Source: Octopus bimaculoides
Taxonomy: Eukaryota
Assembly (NCBI RefSeq): GCF_001194135.2
Contig: NC_068985.1
Coordinates: 82,416,924 to 82,480,923, forward strand
Direction of reading: 5' to 3'
Length of the DNA stretch: 64,000 bases
In this document: piece by piece, positions 1 through 13,665 of the stretch
How positions within the stretch are numbered: position 1 is the stretch's first letter
Layout of the letters: each line of letters begins with the position of its first letter
Made by a program: the position numbers and the translations under genes
Notes under the pieces: model-generated
Seen by the model: only the letters and a program-made list of their open reading frames with translations
What the model was told of the DNA's origin: nothing
The model's database searches: none

Positions 1-2296
1 ACAAGTATCACAAAGATATAAAAATTTATGTAAAGATGTTTCAGATGTTTTTCTAGTTTAATATGTCAAGTTACTTTTGTACTGGTAATAAAAATAAAAT
101 ATTTCTAGGAAAATAAGTGATGATAGCTAATTTTCTGTATAATTTTTTTCCTGTAGCTGTGCATTTAAAAGCTCTGACTCTCAGCTGTAAGAAAAAGAAC
201 CTGTAAACTATAGTAATCTATATTTTTTATTTGTCTATTTAGTATAGCAACTATGTCTCTCAAAGTTTATTACTCTGAAAAGAAAAAAACAAAATGTCTA
301 GTCTATTGAAGTTAAGAAGAGGTTTGTATAAACATGAATTATAAGTTGAGAAAAATTAGCTATGGAAAATTATTGATTGAAATACTGTAATATGAAAAAG
401 CTCATGCATATTTATGATGTTCTTTCTTCTACCATAGATATAAAAGTTCACAAATTAGTATAAATTCATTGAATAATCCTTGAGATGTATTCACACACAG
501 AACATAAAGATAGGGTTTACTTTTGCACAAAGAGATGTTTTGACAGCAATATGTAAATATATTGGTAAGCTGTTCTGAAAACATAAATTTTATGAAAAGA
601 AGTTGGATTTTCATTTTTAAAAAGGTCTTCTTTAGAATAATCAATGTAAGATTATCATTTTAGACGTGACTTACATCTCTTAGTACTGTTTTGCAGAAAT
701 GACTGTTTTAAATTTGTTGTTTTCATTGTGTTAGTTGTATCATCCTACCTATTTATTCAAAGTCACACTTAAGAATAATTCTAAGCTTCAGAACCTGTCA
801 AAATGTTAAGTAAATTTTTTGATTTTAAAAGTGTATTATCATGCAGAACCATTTGATATAAAGAAGGTAGATTAGGGTTACACTTAGGAGTGAATGAAAT
901 TTTAGCACTATTGAATTAAATTGGTGAAACATATCGATTGCAAAATTAAAAAAAAAAAGGCAAAACAAAAACACCTTCATGTATTTAAATATGCAAGAAA
1001 ATCACTTCATTTAATTCTACAAATTTTTTGTGTGAAAATGGATGATTAGATATTAAGATGTTTTTTTTTTTCTGCAAATATTTCACATTCCATTTGTTAA
1101 TTGGTTGCTGAATGACCAACTTACCTAATAATATTAATTGTTAATAGGCACTATTTAATTTTAATAGTTCAAATATGTTACATTGTTATTTTAGTTAATG
1201 TTATAATGCATTTAAAGTAAAGAAAAAAAATTATACTTTGGATTACAATAAAAATACAATTAAAAACTGGATAGATAATTTATAAGTGTGTCATTTAGCT
1301 AAAGCAAAGACTTAGATCATGGGCCTAATTTTCTAAATCAATATTTGCTATGAAATAATTTTTTTTACATATGCTAGTCTTTTCAAATAAAGGATCCAAT
1401 TATTGCCTTATCCCTATAATCTTCATTTTTATGAATACGTCTATTTCATAGAAGATTAAGTCTGAACAAAAATCAGATAGAAACCATTCAATTTTATTGA
1501 TGTATAATTACATTGGAGTAACTTAGTTTTTATATATTTCTTCAATTCAAATTGAAAAGTTGGTTTAATTTTATAAAATGCTATTGAAGTAACATATATT
1601 TGAAGAAAATTCAATTCTCCTCATGAAGTTTATTGCTGTCTAAAGCTAAAAAAACAAAACAAATGTAATGTACAGGCTGGTTTTCAAATAAACGTCGAAT
1701 AAAATGCATAAATATTATGCATCTTAGAGCATTCATAAGTGTGAAGTAATGATAGGTTTTGTCCAGCTTTAAGTAAATGAAAAGATTAAACTTTGAAAAA
1801 CAAATTAGTAATGTTACTCTTTCATAAGTTGAATGATAGAATTTGGTGATTTGAAAATATTCTGAACTATAAAGTGTTCAAAAGGAACTATTCTGACTTT
1901 GACCTTTCAGATGATAGGCTATCTAATGCATTTATCTTTTTAAAATTAGGCTAGAGTGTATCTCCAGTTTCTACAGATCTGTTTACTGTAACCAACAGAT
2001 CTGAGTTACTATAATAATCTCCTCAATAATTCCTACACAAGATAGAATTAATAAGCATACACTGCATGATTTTACTTGCAGATCTGGTCATAGAGAACTA
2101 ATAAATATAATTTTCTTAATCTTTGTGATTAAACTTCCACTTAGTTAATAAGTACCTGGCCCTGATAATTTCTAAAAATACTTGTCACCTTTCTTTTATT
2201 TTTGTAGTGAGATGAATTTGCAAGCTAGTTTTGATTCCTGGTGAAACTTACCTTAGTAATGTAATTTGTTGGTTAATGTCTGGTACTATTATTCCA

Positions 2297-2396
2297 TCAA
2301 GGTCGACTTTGTGCTTCATCCTTTCTGGGTCAATGTAATAAATACCAGTTGAACTCCCAAAATTTGCTGGCCTTATGCCAAAATTTGAAACCAATA
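2297..2396 (+). mobile_element. SINE 3' fragment (same family as 2672-2890)
   Basis: aaggtcgactttg..ttcatcctttc.gggtc...accagttga...ggcctt.tgcc, homologous to the neighbouring copy. Confidence 0.7.
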
Positions 2397-2671
2397 TCTG
2401 GTTCTATTGAAGTTGGGCATGGGACACTGCAACCAATTGATTTTATTAAGTTTTCCACTTTTTCTCATTCTCTTATCTGTAAAACTCTTTGATGAGATAA
2501 GAAATAATATGAAATATGATGGACATATTGCATGGAACTGCATTTATTTTGGCACAAAATAAAAGGTATAAAGTAAAATTAATATTTTTGATGTAACACT
2601 TTTCTTTCATTTGCTGATGGGTTAAAAATACAAAACAATGTTGATAGTCTCACATTATTTTAATTTGTACT

Positions 2672-2890
2672 GAAGGTGGTGAACTGGCAGTATCATTAAC
2701 GTGTCAGGTAAAATGCTTAGTCACATTTCGTCTCTTTACATTCTGGGTTCAAATTCGATCAAGGTTAACTTTGCCTTTCATCCTTTCAGGGTCAATAAAT
2801 TAAGTACCAGTTGAGTGCTGGGGCCAATGTAATCGACTTACCTCACCCCCCAAAGTTTCAGGCCTTGTGCCTATAGGGGAAAGGATTATT
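2672..2890 (+). mobile_element. tRNA-related SINE, near full length
   Basis: Head gaaggtggtgaactggcag..., B-box-like ggttcaaattc, core ttgcctttcatcctttcagggtcaataaattaagtaccagttgag, tail aaaggattatt. Confidence 0.78.
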
Positions 2891-5800
2891 TTAATTTGTA
2901 ATAAAATCCAATTTTGATCTTAAATTCATGCTATTTTTAGACAATACAAACAATTGTTGCCTTTAGGGAGAACTGAGATCTAACTATTTACTATTTCTCC
3001 TTGATTAAAAAAAAATTTAGATTTTTTACATTTCCCTAATTATTAAATCTAGTTTCTGACCTTTATAATGCTTTCTGTGTCAATATATCTATTAACTTTT
3101 GCCATTGTTGCCCTCCTAGAACATTTATTATCATCCAATGAACTGTTATTGTCTTCCATTTTAGATATTATCTAAGAAAAAATTTGAATTTAAGCTGCAG
3201 TTAATATGAAGTATACACAAATAATTAACATATCATTTAGAGTGCAAAACATTTGGTTCCCAAATAGCAATAATTTATATTTATTTCACTTTCACATAAG
3301 AATAATATTGGTTAAAAAGTACTATGTCAGCTCTATCATTCAGAGCATATAATTACATTGTTATTGCACTATATTTAGCAGTGTACTTTATTATATCTAT
3401 CTGGAATAAAGTCATCCAGTGTATAATGTCTTGGTCATGAATGCTGGGCACAAATTTCATTTCCATATTTTAGAAAGTAAGCTTTTTGGGGGAATATAAA
3501 TACATACTCACTTTTCCTCATAACGAAGAAAATGCTGTCTTTTATTTTAGTAATTACTAAGAAATAAGTGAGATTTTTCTTTAGTTTTTGAAAATGTTAT
3601 TGTAGTTTCCAATCATGGAAATGAACTTAAAAAGAATGTAATAACTTATTATTAATTTGAATAAAATAAAATAAGTTTACTTAAATGCAGTTTCTGAGTA
3701 AATCAAATTTTATCCATTTTCTTCTTAAATGAACTGATTTGATTTGAGTTGTTTCAGTTTCTGTCAGCTTACTCCTATTTTAGATATTCACCATTTACGC
3801 AATCCAAATTATTTATATAATGTTTGAAACATATAAAATTCACCATATTTAGTAAGAAATCCTAATGTAAGCATATTTTGCTACAAAATAGTTGACAGTT
3901 CTTAATGAACCATTTAATTTAGCTTGCAAGAAAAATTAGTCTGTAAATATTATTTCTGTCTAAATGAACCTTGTACAATATTGTAAATATTTTTTCTTTG
4001 ACTACTTTGTCATTAAAATCCTGACAAGTTCATGAATGAAGATATATTGTGTTTCTTACGGAGATTTCTTTTTTGTTTTGTTTTAGATTTCGTTTTTCCT
4101 GTATTTTCTAGGTTAGGCAATTTTATTCTAATGAAAAATGCACCCTATTTTATTTAAAATAAATAAAATAGATATTTTTATCAACCTTACATCTTCACCT
4201 TGGAATAGCTTATAGAAAAAAATCTTTGACTTGTTTCCAGTGATGCAGTTTGGACAGTTATCATGATGTGGATAAATTATACTGTTATAAAAAGTATATA
4301 ATTCAGCGTTAAGAACCACCATTTTATTACTATTCTCATCACAAACGTCAATTGGTAAAAAAAATTTGAGAAAGGTATGTTATTAAAAAAGATGAGATTT
4401 ACACTTTTACACAAAGCTGCCCAAGGCAAAATTTTGTTCAGCAGCAAGACAAATGAAATAGAATGAAAGTTGCTAAGAGCAAAATCATTAGTTGTAACGG
4501 AATAGAATAGAACATCTATTAAAAGAGCCTTAAGGCTAAATACTTTTCAAACTGGTACATGATACGTTTTACTTGAATTGATAACACAATAAGAAAAACT
4601 AAAGCTATTATAATAAAATATATCATGAAATAGAAAGACTGAAAATCTGTATGAATCAGAAAATAAAAATGACAACTGAAAAGTTTGTAGACAGCACCAC
4701 TGTAGATCATGTCATACTGGAAAAAGTTAGCTATGTTTCTTTTAGGTCAAGTTTCTTTGTGAAACTTTAAGAATAGAATGAGTATGCCAGAAGAATATAA
4801 TTATTAGAGACAATGTGATTATTGATATAAATTTTTATATATGCACACATGCACGTGTGTGTATGTGTGATTAGATCCATATTTTTTCATTTTTTTTAAA
4901 GTCACAATACACTAGGATGTCTCTGTAAGCTTCATGAACATTTTCCCTCAATTTTAATATTTAAATTGTTGAAAGAAATATTTTCTACTGTAATTATTTG
5001 TGAGGGCATCACCAAAATAAGCCAATTAGAGTAGTAGCTTAAAAGAAATTGGAAATCACAAGTTAGACTTGTAATGTTACTTTTTTTTTTTCATTTTTAA
5101 TTTAAAAATTTAACTATGAAGATGAGCCTGTAACTTTCAAAATACACTTCTGAGTTTGTCAAGACTTACAAGTCTGTCATTAAATTATCATTCTTTTGAA
5201 AACATTATAACTATACTTTAAAATATGGCAGATTAAAAAGTGTTGTAGTTCTTAATTTGGATTGAACTGCCCCTTGTCGAACTGAATTTTTCAATGAGAT
5301 AAAGCTGAATTAATTCTTTACAATTAACGCACACACACACACAGTGTGTATATATATATATATATATGCATATATTTAAACATTTGTCAATACATCTACT
5401 TGTGTATGTGTGTCTATATTTTCCTGTCTATATACAGCTCTGTATACATCTGCTTGTATGTCTCCATGTCCATCTCTGCATCTGCTAATCTGTCTACTTG
5501 CTCATCTGTCTGTATATCTATTTGAACTTCTCCTTTGTATATTTGTCTGCATGTACGTTTGTATATCTGCACTGCTTTCTATTTCTCTATCTACATAATT
5601 GTACACACACACACAACATATATACACACACATGATTTTTTCACTTGAAAATTATTTCAAATTGAAATTGTATTGTGTCCTTGTTGAAGATGATTTATAT
5701 AATCTTAGTTTCCTTTTAATTGGAGCTATTTTGAATGTTTGATCTCATATTTTTTTATGAGTAAAGAATGAATAGAAACTTTTCAAAGGTTAGATTTAAG

Positions 5801-7116
5801 ATGTTAAACATACTCTAGTTATTTTGTTTTTGACATAAGTTACTAATGTTATTCTGATATTGAAGAAATAACATATTAAACTTATGTTACTTTTTAGTTT
5901 TATAAAAATTATTGAATTATGTTTTGAGAATATTCTTTTGAATATTATTTTTAGCATGTCTAGTATATCTATTTTTACACTTTATGGATAATTTTATGCT
6001 TTCCAGATAAAGTAATTCTGTTAGGTCATTAAAATATTGCCGAATCCTTGCTCTTCCTGTGGTGATTCCATAACTTTCTCTTGAGTTACATGAAGACTAA
6101 TTTCAGTAATACAGCTTATCAGTGAACTCATTTGTCTTGTCCATTACTGTAATGATCATTTTCACAAATATTATAGTTTAGAATTTTCCTTTTGGGAAAT
6201 ATATTTGTGTTAAACTTAAATCCTTTTAATGAGTACAATTTTGCATTTTATGCTTTCTATTCAGCTTCTTAATTTTTTAAAATTTGGTTCAATATTTCTC
6301 ATTTTCGGTTTTAAAATGTGAATTGGCACTTGATATATTTTCAATCCAAAGCTGATATTTATATTTGAAAACCTATTAAAAATTGATAGCATCTAATTGT
6401 TAACTATTTTCATCAATAGGTTGTAAGTCTTAATCTATAAGATACATGTATTAGAATACGTCTTTATAAAATTTTAGCATGTGTAAGTTTGTCTGTTGTA
6501 ACAACAGGTTTATTATGACTTTTAACTTAGGCATATTAAACATTACACAAATTAACCAGTCTCAACACATTTCTTTTCAATTTTATCTGACCCTATGCAA
6601 TTTCACAATATAATCATGTACGACCATAGATAATAACCATCAGCATATTGATCCATATTCTACAAAATTATCTAGTGTTAGAATATTTTGCTTTTTTTTA
6701 AATAAAATTTTGAAGGTAAAGAAAAATATATCAATAGCTTGTATAACCTTTAGGTCATAACAAAACTTTCATGTTAAGTGGCACTAAGATAAGATTATCA
6801 AATGTTTTATTTATAGGTTTACAGAATCTGTTATTCTTATTTCAAGCTTTTCAATGAATATTGTAAATGCAATATAATTTTATTTTGGCTTGTAAAAATA
6901 TGACATTTTAAAATGGTGGTCTATTCTATATGTGGCAATAACAATTTTTATCTTGAAGTTATTGGCAATTGATCAAAAATATTAATTTTTTGATGTTGTC
7001 TTTTATTTTTGCACATTCCTTTTAATAAGTAAAATAATTGAAACGGTTGATTTTCTTCACAGAAATACCACATGTATAGGACATATTTATTATTCTATAT
7101 TTTATTTATATAGTCA

Positions 7117-7316
7117 TATTGGTTTCAAATTTTGACATAAGGCCAGCAATTTTATGTGAGGAGTAAGTCAATTGCATCAACCCTGATGTTCAACTGGTAC
7201 TTATTTTATCGACAGAAAATGGATCTTGGTGGAATTTGAACTCAGAACATAAAGATGGAGGAAATTCTGCAAAGCATTTTTCCTGGTGTGCCAATGTTTC
7301 TGCTGGTTTACCACCT
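7117..7316 (-). mobile_element. SINE of the 2672 family in reverse orientation
   Basis: Its reverse complement gives aggtggtaaaccagcagaa...gagttcaaattcc...taagtaccagttgaac...ggccttatgtcaaaatttgaaaccaata, matching 2297-2396 and 2672-2890. Confidence 0.78.
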
Positions 7317-8479
7317 AGAGAATATAGTCATATTGAAATATATAAATTATTGTTAAAAATATTTCCTTTATTCAATTCCTTTCATTTTATGACTTGTAAT
7401 TTACTATCACTCTACTTGTTAAAACTAGTTTTGACTATAATAACTTCCAAAATGTTTCCAGAAATATCTAAAGAACATCTTTTTTTGTACTTTATATTAG
7501 ATGGAAAAAATTGTCTCCTTTCATGTTTTGTTATATAGCAAGCCAATTAAAATTATCTTTCTATAAAGCCTGCTCTATGCTAATTAAAGAATGTTTGAAA
7601 AAGAAAAATATTGCAGTAAAAACTAAACTTTTGCATGCTCACACTATAATTTTGGCCAAAATGTACAATGAGTTATCACATTTCTTATCAGGTGTGTACT
7701 ATTATCTGTGTTCCAGTGAAAAATGTTTGTCATTCTTCAGTAGAGAATGACATTTCTTACAGCTGTTGAGTTCATACTGCTTGAACTTTAACTTACTTTT
7801 TGGGATAGTTTGTATTTGAATTAAGAGAATTGAATACATATACAATGTTGCGTTACAAATAAGTTAAAGTAGTGAAAGGTAGTAATACTTCAAAATCAAA
7901 TGCAGCCTTATAAAATTCATATATAATGTATTTATTATACCAAGACACGCATACTACCCATACAATAACATTGGAGAACATGGTTTTTGTTGTTTGGTGT
8001 TGGAAACCTGCTTCATAGTAATTTTGGAGTACTGACTTCTGCTCTATTGCATCAAGATTTTACGTAAACTCAAATCTTAAGTTTTCAACATTTCCAGTAT
8101 TGTCACCATTTTTAAGGATAGATTTGGCTTCATGAAATGTAGACCCATGTGTGGATTTAGAAATAACTTTGAAAGAAGTTTTTCAATGTCATTTGAAGTA
8201 AATGTAACTACAAAAGTGAAAACAAAAGTTACAATTTAAATATTTTCAGTAAATAAAAAGCATCCAACTTGAGTAACTTTCACTATTTTCAATCTAACTT
8301 CTTTAAATGTCGTCATGATGACAGAAATGTCCTTTATACAATTAGATGTTAATAAACAACACATTTCTGTGATCCTTGACAACATACATGTGTCATGCTT
8401 GTGGAATTTTCTGTATTTGTTTGCAGATAGGCCCATACTGTACTTGATTTAGTGTGACTATCATTGCAAACCATGTGAG

Positions 8480-9691
8480 ACACGTTTTGTTGAACCTCTA
8501 ACTATTTCTTATGAAAATTGGTATTTTGAATGTACTCTCAATGTTATAATTGTGAGGTCACATAGGTCAAAGTCACTTTTTGTCAAGCATAGTCATAGAA
8601 CTGTAGAAAGAATGTTATGCCATGTATGCTCTTCATGGGACTTTGCCATCACAATTCTGTATTTGCTTACTTTACAACTGTTGACAATTCTGAGAATGCT
8701 TTTCTCAGGTGACAACTGGCTTGAATATATATTTTGTATTTCAGAAATATTACTAGTTGTGAAAGAAGAAAGTGCAAAAACAGCCCTGATATTTTCAGCT
8801 GTATTTGTAGATGTTATCCTTTACCAAAGCAGCAAAACAAAATCACAGATTGTGTGAAGAAAGCATACCTTACTTTGCTATGAAACTGGGTGATTGAGAC
8901 CAAATCTGGGCATCCCGTATAGTGTCTAAAACATGTGTTGAACCACTGAGACAGTGTCTGTTTCAAATACTGAAGTAGAAAATTTCAAGCCTTGTCTCAT
9001 GTGAAAATTAAGGTTTATATGTTTGAAGGGCCACAGGTGGCTATTGAGGGATGAGAAGTTTTGGGACACCATGCATTGCAAAAAAAAAGCATGGAGTGCT
9101 TTTGCTGCAGTTGTGCCTGATTTCCTGTGAACCAGGAAGTTGTCAAATTATGAAGAACCTGTTAACCTGTTTTCAAGCACTGGGCTACAACATGAGTGTA
9201 AAGTGCATTTCCTGCACAATCATCTGAACTGCTTCCTTGAAAACCATAGTGCAATGAGTGATGAGCAAAGAGAATGATTCCACCAAGACTATGGAAACTA
9301 GGTATCAAGACAGATGGTATACAAACATGATGGCTGGCCACTGCTGGTCTCTGCAAATAGACTGTTGTGATGCAAGTTATTCACATGAAACAGCAAAGAG
9401 GAAGTTCACTCCTTGAGTAGTTGAAGCTCCAGTTTGACAAAAATATTTGCCCAAAGATGTATAATTAAATATTTTGTGCAACATATTTGTTAAGCAATAA
9501 AAAGTACTGTTTGATTGTGTTAGTTTCTTAATTATTGCATTTAATGAAAAAATTGATATACTTTTGGTAAAAAATGACTTTTTGTTTAACAAAAACACGA
9601 GAAAATTTCTGAGGGCATTTCTGAACTCACCACCAACAAATTAGTTAAAAAGGAAGACAACTAAAACATTTTTCAAAAATGTTCCCCAGTG
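8480..9691 (+). mobile_element. Internally deleted, decayed DNA transposon, Chapaev(3)-like (CMC group)
   Basis: About 8750-8955 translates (with frameshift and stops) to RRKCKNSPDIFSCICRCY...KITDCVKKAYL/YFAMKLGD*DQIWASRIVSKTCVEPLRQ. About 9000-9410 gives KVHFLHNHLNCFLENHSAMSDEQRE*FHQD/METRYQDRWYTNMMAGHCWSL. The middle of the transposase is missing. The 3' end is ...aatgttccccagtg (9691), whose reverse complement starts CACTGGGG. The 5' terminus is not resolved. Family name is from recalled motifs. Confidence 0.7.
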
Positions 9692-12600
9692 AAATCATTA
9701 ATAATCATGAAAAGTAAATTTGTAGTGTAATAAAATACCCATAAAATGTATTAACATATATACTTACAATCTATCTATATACAAAACTTTCCAAATTTTA
9801 GTTCTTACACTTTTATTTTCTTTTATATTGGGGTGGCAGTCTCTAAAAGTAAAATTTTGACATATCTAAATATTTTCAGGTTAAACATAATGATTGTGTT
9901 TATATTACACACTTTCATTAAAAAATTTTTGCATAGCACTTTAATTTTAACTGTAATCTTAGAAGATATGGATTTTAAAAAATTATCTTGTAACCATTAC
10001 ATTTTTCATAATTAGTACAATAGTCATTCAGAAGTATAATGTTTCCTTGAAATTAATTGACTAACTATAATACTTCCTTTAATTCAGTTGCTCTATAAAT
10101 TCATAGAAATTAAGAATTGTACTGATTGATTTTATCTAATTTTTTTTTCTACATTAACTTTCTACCACAAAAAATATTCATCTTCATTAACAAAGTCTCT
10201 CAGAATGAGAAGCAGTGTAAACTAAACTCTCACATGCAATTACTGACTTGCGTTCTTTGGTTAATGGTCAACTTGAGAACAAATATAATCCATATTTTAT
10301 TATTTTTTGCATAATTCCATTTCTTTTTAAATTTAAGAATGTAGAAACATTTTCCATTCCCCGCCAACACTGTCAATTATAACTACAACTTTGTTACTAA
10401 TGTCCTTTCCTTTTGACTAAAGCTACTTGATAATTTTGCTTTATTTGTATAAACTATACTTTCATTAAGCATTGAATCATTAGATAACAACTTGGTGCAT
10501 ATAATCCCTCACCCACTTTTTTTTTTTTTAACTTTTTCATCCTATAATGCATGGACATTTTTGTATTGAATAGCATTTTTTCTTAAATTTCACACCAGTT
10601 CTGCTAGATTAATTCTAATTTCTAATGAAATATATTCATTTAACTGTTACATATTGATTGATATCCTTAAATATATACTTCATACTTACTTGTAAGTATG
10701 AAATTTTCTTTTTTGAGTTATACATGTTTTGTATCTTTTACATACATTACAATCTTTAATTGCTATGTTGTGTACATGTAATAATGATATATATTTCCTC
10801 TATAATTCCTCTTGAAAGTCTGTAGTTACTCCAGCTGTATTTTATACCTTTGAGGTATTATCAGCTCAGCCTCTTATATATATTCTTTCTTCTGAAATCA
10901 TATTTTTATCATGTCTCAATTACATGTTGTTTAATATAAAAAAATTCAAACTTAGTAGGATTACTTGAATTGCAATCTGCTAATCTCACTCAGACTGTTA
11001 AATTTATCTCTAATAGTATTTATGAGTTATTATTATTTTTTAACTTAACATATCTCAGTTTTCCTGTATGTATCTTGGTCATAATGTTATTTAGAAAGCA
11101 CATTTTAATCTTTCAGAATGTCTGAACTACAATATCTCTTTGCTGTGAAAGTAATTTTGAAGTACATTTTAAATCTATTTCTCTTCACCCCCCCCCTTTT
11201 TTTCTCTCTCTAAAGAAAGCTCTAAAATAATCCCCTTAGCACATTTTATTTCAAAGCTTAAGAATTCCAGATTTATATTTGTTGTATCATAATTGTTGTT
11301 GATTTGGACAAATTCTATAAATTGGATGCTTGGCTTGTATATATATATATATTGACATTGAGTATGTAATAAAGCATTACTCTTTAAAGTGATATGAAAA
11401 CAATTTTGAGATTATAATTTTTGATGTTTTCAATGTTAATGGCTATAATTTTAAAAAATGACTTCTTATTTCCCTGAAAACAACTGCCTGTTTTTATTTG
11501 TGCTAAACTATGGTTTAAATTTTAATTTTTTGAATGCTAAACTTTCCATTATTTATCAGTTTAAGAATAAAGTTTCAATCGCAAATATTCATTGTTAACT
11601 TAACATTCAGTTTTATCTATCAAAGCTATCTTATTTCAAGTAATTTAATGTAATAAACATTTAACTTTGATCATGAAGATTAAAAGTATCTTTGAAGATT
11701 TGCACCTATAAAGTATAGAAATATTTTTTGATCTCTGTATGCTTAGTTTCAACTATTACATTGATTTTGCTTCATTTTACTTTATATTATAATTGGAAAT
11801 AATTCCTTTTTTAGATTTTGTGTGATAATGACAAATTAAAACAATCATCTATAATGTCAGTAAATGTCTTATCTTTACAATAATGCATTGGAAGATATTC
11901 ATTTCTGATAAGTAATAAAACTTAAATAGCTTCGGGAAACTGTTTCATTATCATAACAGGGAAAGGATAAGAATTTATCTAAAATTTTAAACATAAATAT
12001 TGGCTAGATAAATATTTTTTAGGTTTTGTATTTCTGTAATTTATCAAATAGAATTTAATGATTATTACCTCTTTTCTTATATTTTGAAGTACATAAGTTA
12101 TTTGATTAGGATATTCTTTCATATATTGATATAAATGTTCCTATTCAAGTATTATACCAATCACTTATGAGTAATATATAACTACATATAAGAATATATA
12201 CTATAAGAAAGCAAGCAAATGGAAATAGAATTTGAAAAGTATCCTATTTCTGTAATTAGAAAATAAGAAGTTAATTGTACATTTGTTACTAGTGGCTTTG
12301 AGAATGAAAATGACTTTTATGCTTTTATACCTTCGTAATAAGGAACAGCTTTTCTTGTTAAATCAGCTTTACAATAGCCCCTTGTATTAAATTACCATTG
12401 AACTAAAAGCTTTGCATCTTAGAAGCTAACATTGATGATTAAGGGATTTGTGGTTATGAGCCCTATTTCAAAGATATTTTTTTGTACTTTGTTTTATTTC
12501 AAATGCAGCTGTAAAGAAAAAAATTTAGGTACCACATTTATTGATGTATGTCACACATTTGTATTCAAATTTTGTAACAAAAATTAGGCTTAAAATTCTT

Positions 12601-13334
12601 ATGCAAGACATTTCATCATTATCACAGTTGGCTGCTGTTATAAATATTGCACCATGTGAGCAGAGATTGTGTGTGACTTTAGCCATCTTGAATAAACTAC
12701 TGTACTTTCCAATACATAGAAAGTAAACCAGGAAAAATTATTCAGTGCTGTTTTAGTGTGTGGTCAACCATTGCATCCATAGTCTATGCTGTGAAATTAC
12801 CTGATCTCGGTTAGGGTTAATATATACGGTTTTAGGGTTAAACTGCACACTAAATTATAAATGGCTAGATAGAATGCATACTAAAGTGGCACCAATTATT
12901 CTTGGTCTGTTTTTTTTTCTTTATAGCTTAGTAACTATAAAGATTTTTAGAGATGAATTCAAAAAAGCTAGACAGGTAGAATGAAGTAACTGATGAGCAG
13001 AATATGGATAATTGACAGAGGTAAAATTTGAGACAGTCTGATCTTTTAACATATTGATGATGTTAGGTTCTAGAATGATATGATGATATGTAGGCATGGG
13101 GATTAGATATTGATAAGTTAATGATAAATAAGACATGTTGGTAAGAATTGACAGCAAAGTTTGAAAGAAACTGGTACAAGAAATGTGGAACTTGTGAACA
13201 TCAAATGGAAAAGAAAGAAAAGAAAGTTTTATTAGGATTTGTTTGTCAAACTGTAAACTTGCTAAAGAGATAACTATAAAAGGGTAAAATTGTCCTCCAT
13301 GTCAAATGTTGATATAAGGGTAACTACTCGTGTA

Positions 13335-13665
13335 AAAACAGCGTTCATGTAATATTGCTTCCAAACTTTGAGACATGTGATTTGCAGAATTTGGGAGAGT
13401 GTTTTCTGTATGACAAAAAAAATTGCGAGAGGTTTGAGAAAGCAAAGCAGGAAACTTTACTAGAAATACCAAGTATGCAAAAAGGCATGAAGAGTGGGGA
13501 CAGGTTTTATATCCAGAGATAAACACCTACAAGATTGGGTCACTGATAAGAATGGTAAATCTGCTACAGATAAGTTTGAAGACTACATTGTTTTCTCTTA
13601 ATTCATCATTTAAAGCTGCTAATGGATGGCCCCATCGTTTTATAATGAGAAATGGGCTTAGTCTA
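13335..13665 (+). mobile_element. pogo-family transposase 5' remnant (Brinker-like DNA-binding domain plus CENP-B HTH)
   Basis: Broken frames read KQRSCNIASKL..FAEFGRVFSV / EKAKQETLLEIPSMQKGMKSGDRF / YPEI-KHLQDWVTDKNG / FKAANGWPHRFIMRNGLSL (from 13609). The last matches the FKASxGWLxRFxxRxGLS CENP-B/pogo motif. Weak DDE-region traces may continue to about 14450. Confidence 0.7.

Noticed and set aside
4128-4322. Minus-strand ORF MVVLNAELY...HHDNCPNCITG with a GTAAGG donor at about 4189
   Set aside because: No recognisable family, no partner exon and no clear acceptor or promoter. Compatible with chance.
7944-8440. Minus-strand block with an acceptor-like ttttcacttttgtag and partly open frames (FTSNDIEKLL..., STHGSTFHEAKSILKNG...)
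   Set aside because: All frames are interrupted and no family was recognised. Possibly TE debris next to the Chapaev-like element.
12809-12841. Two GGTTAGGGTT / TTAGGGTTA telomere-like motifs
   Set aside because: Only two separated units, not an interstitial telomeric array.
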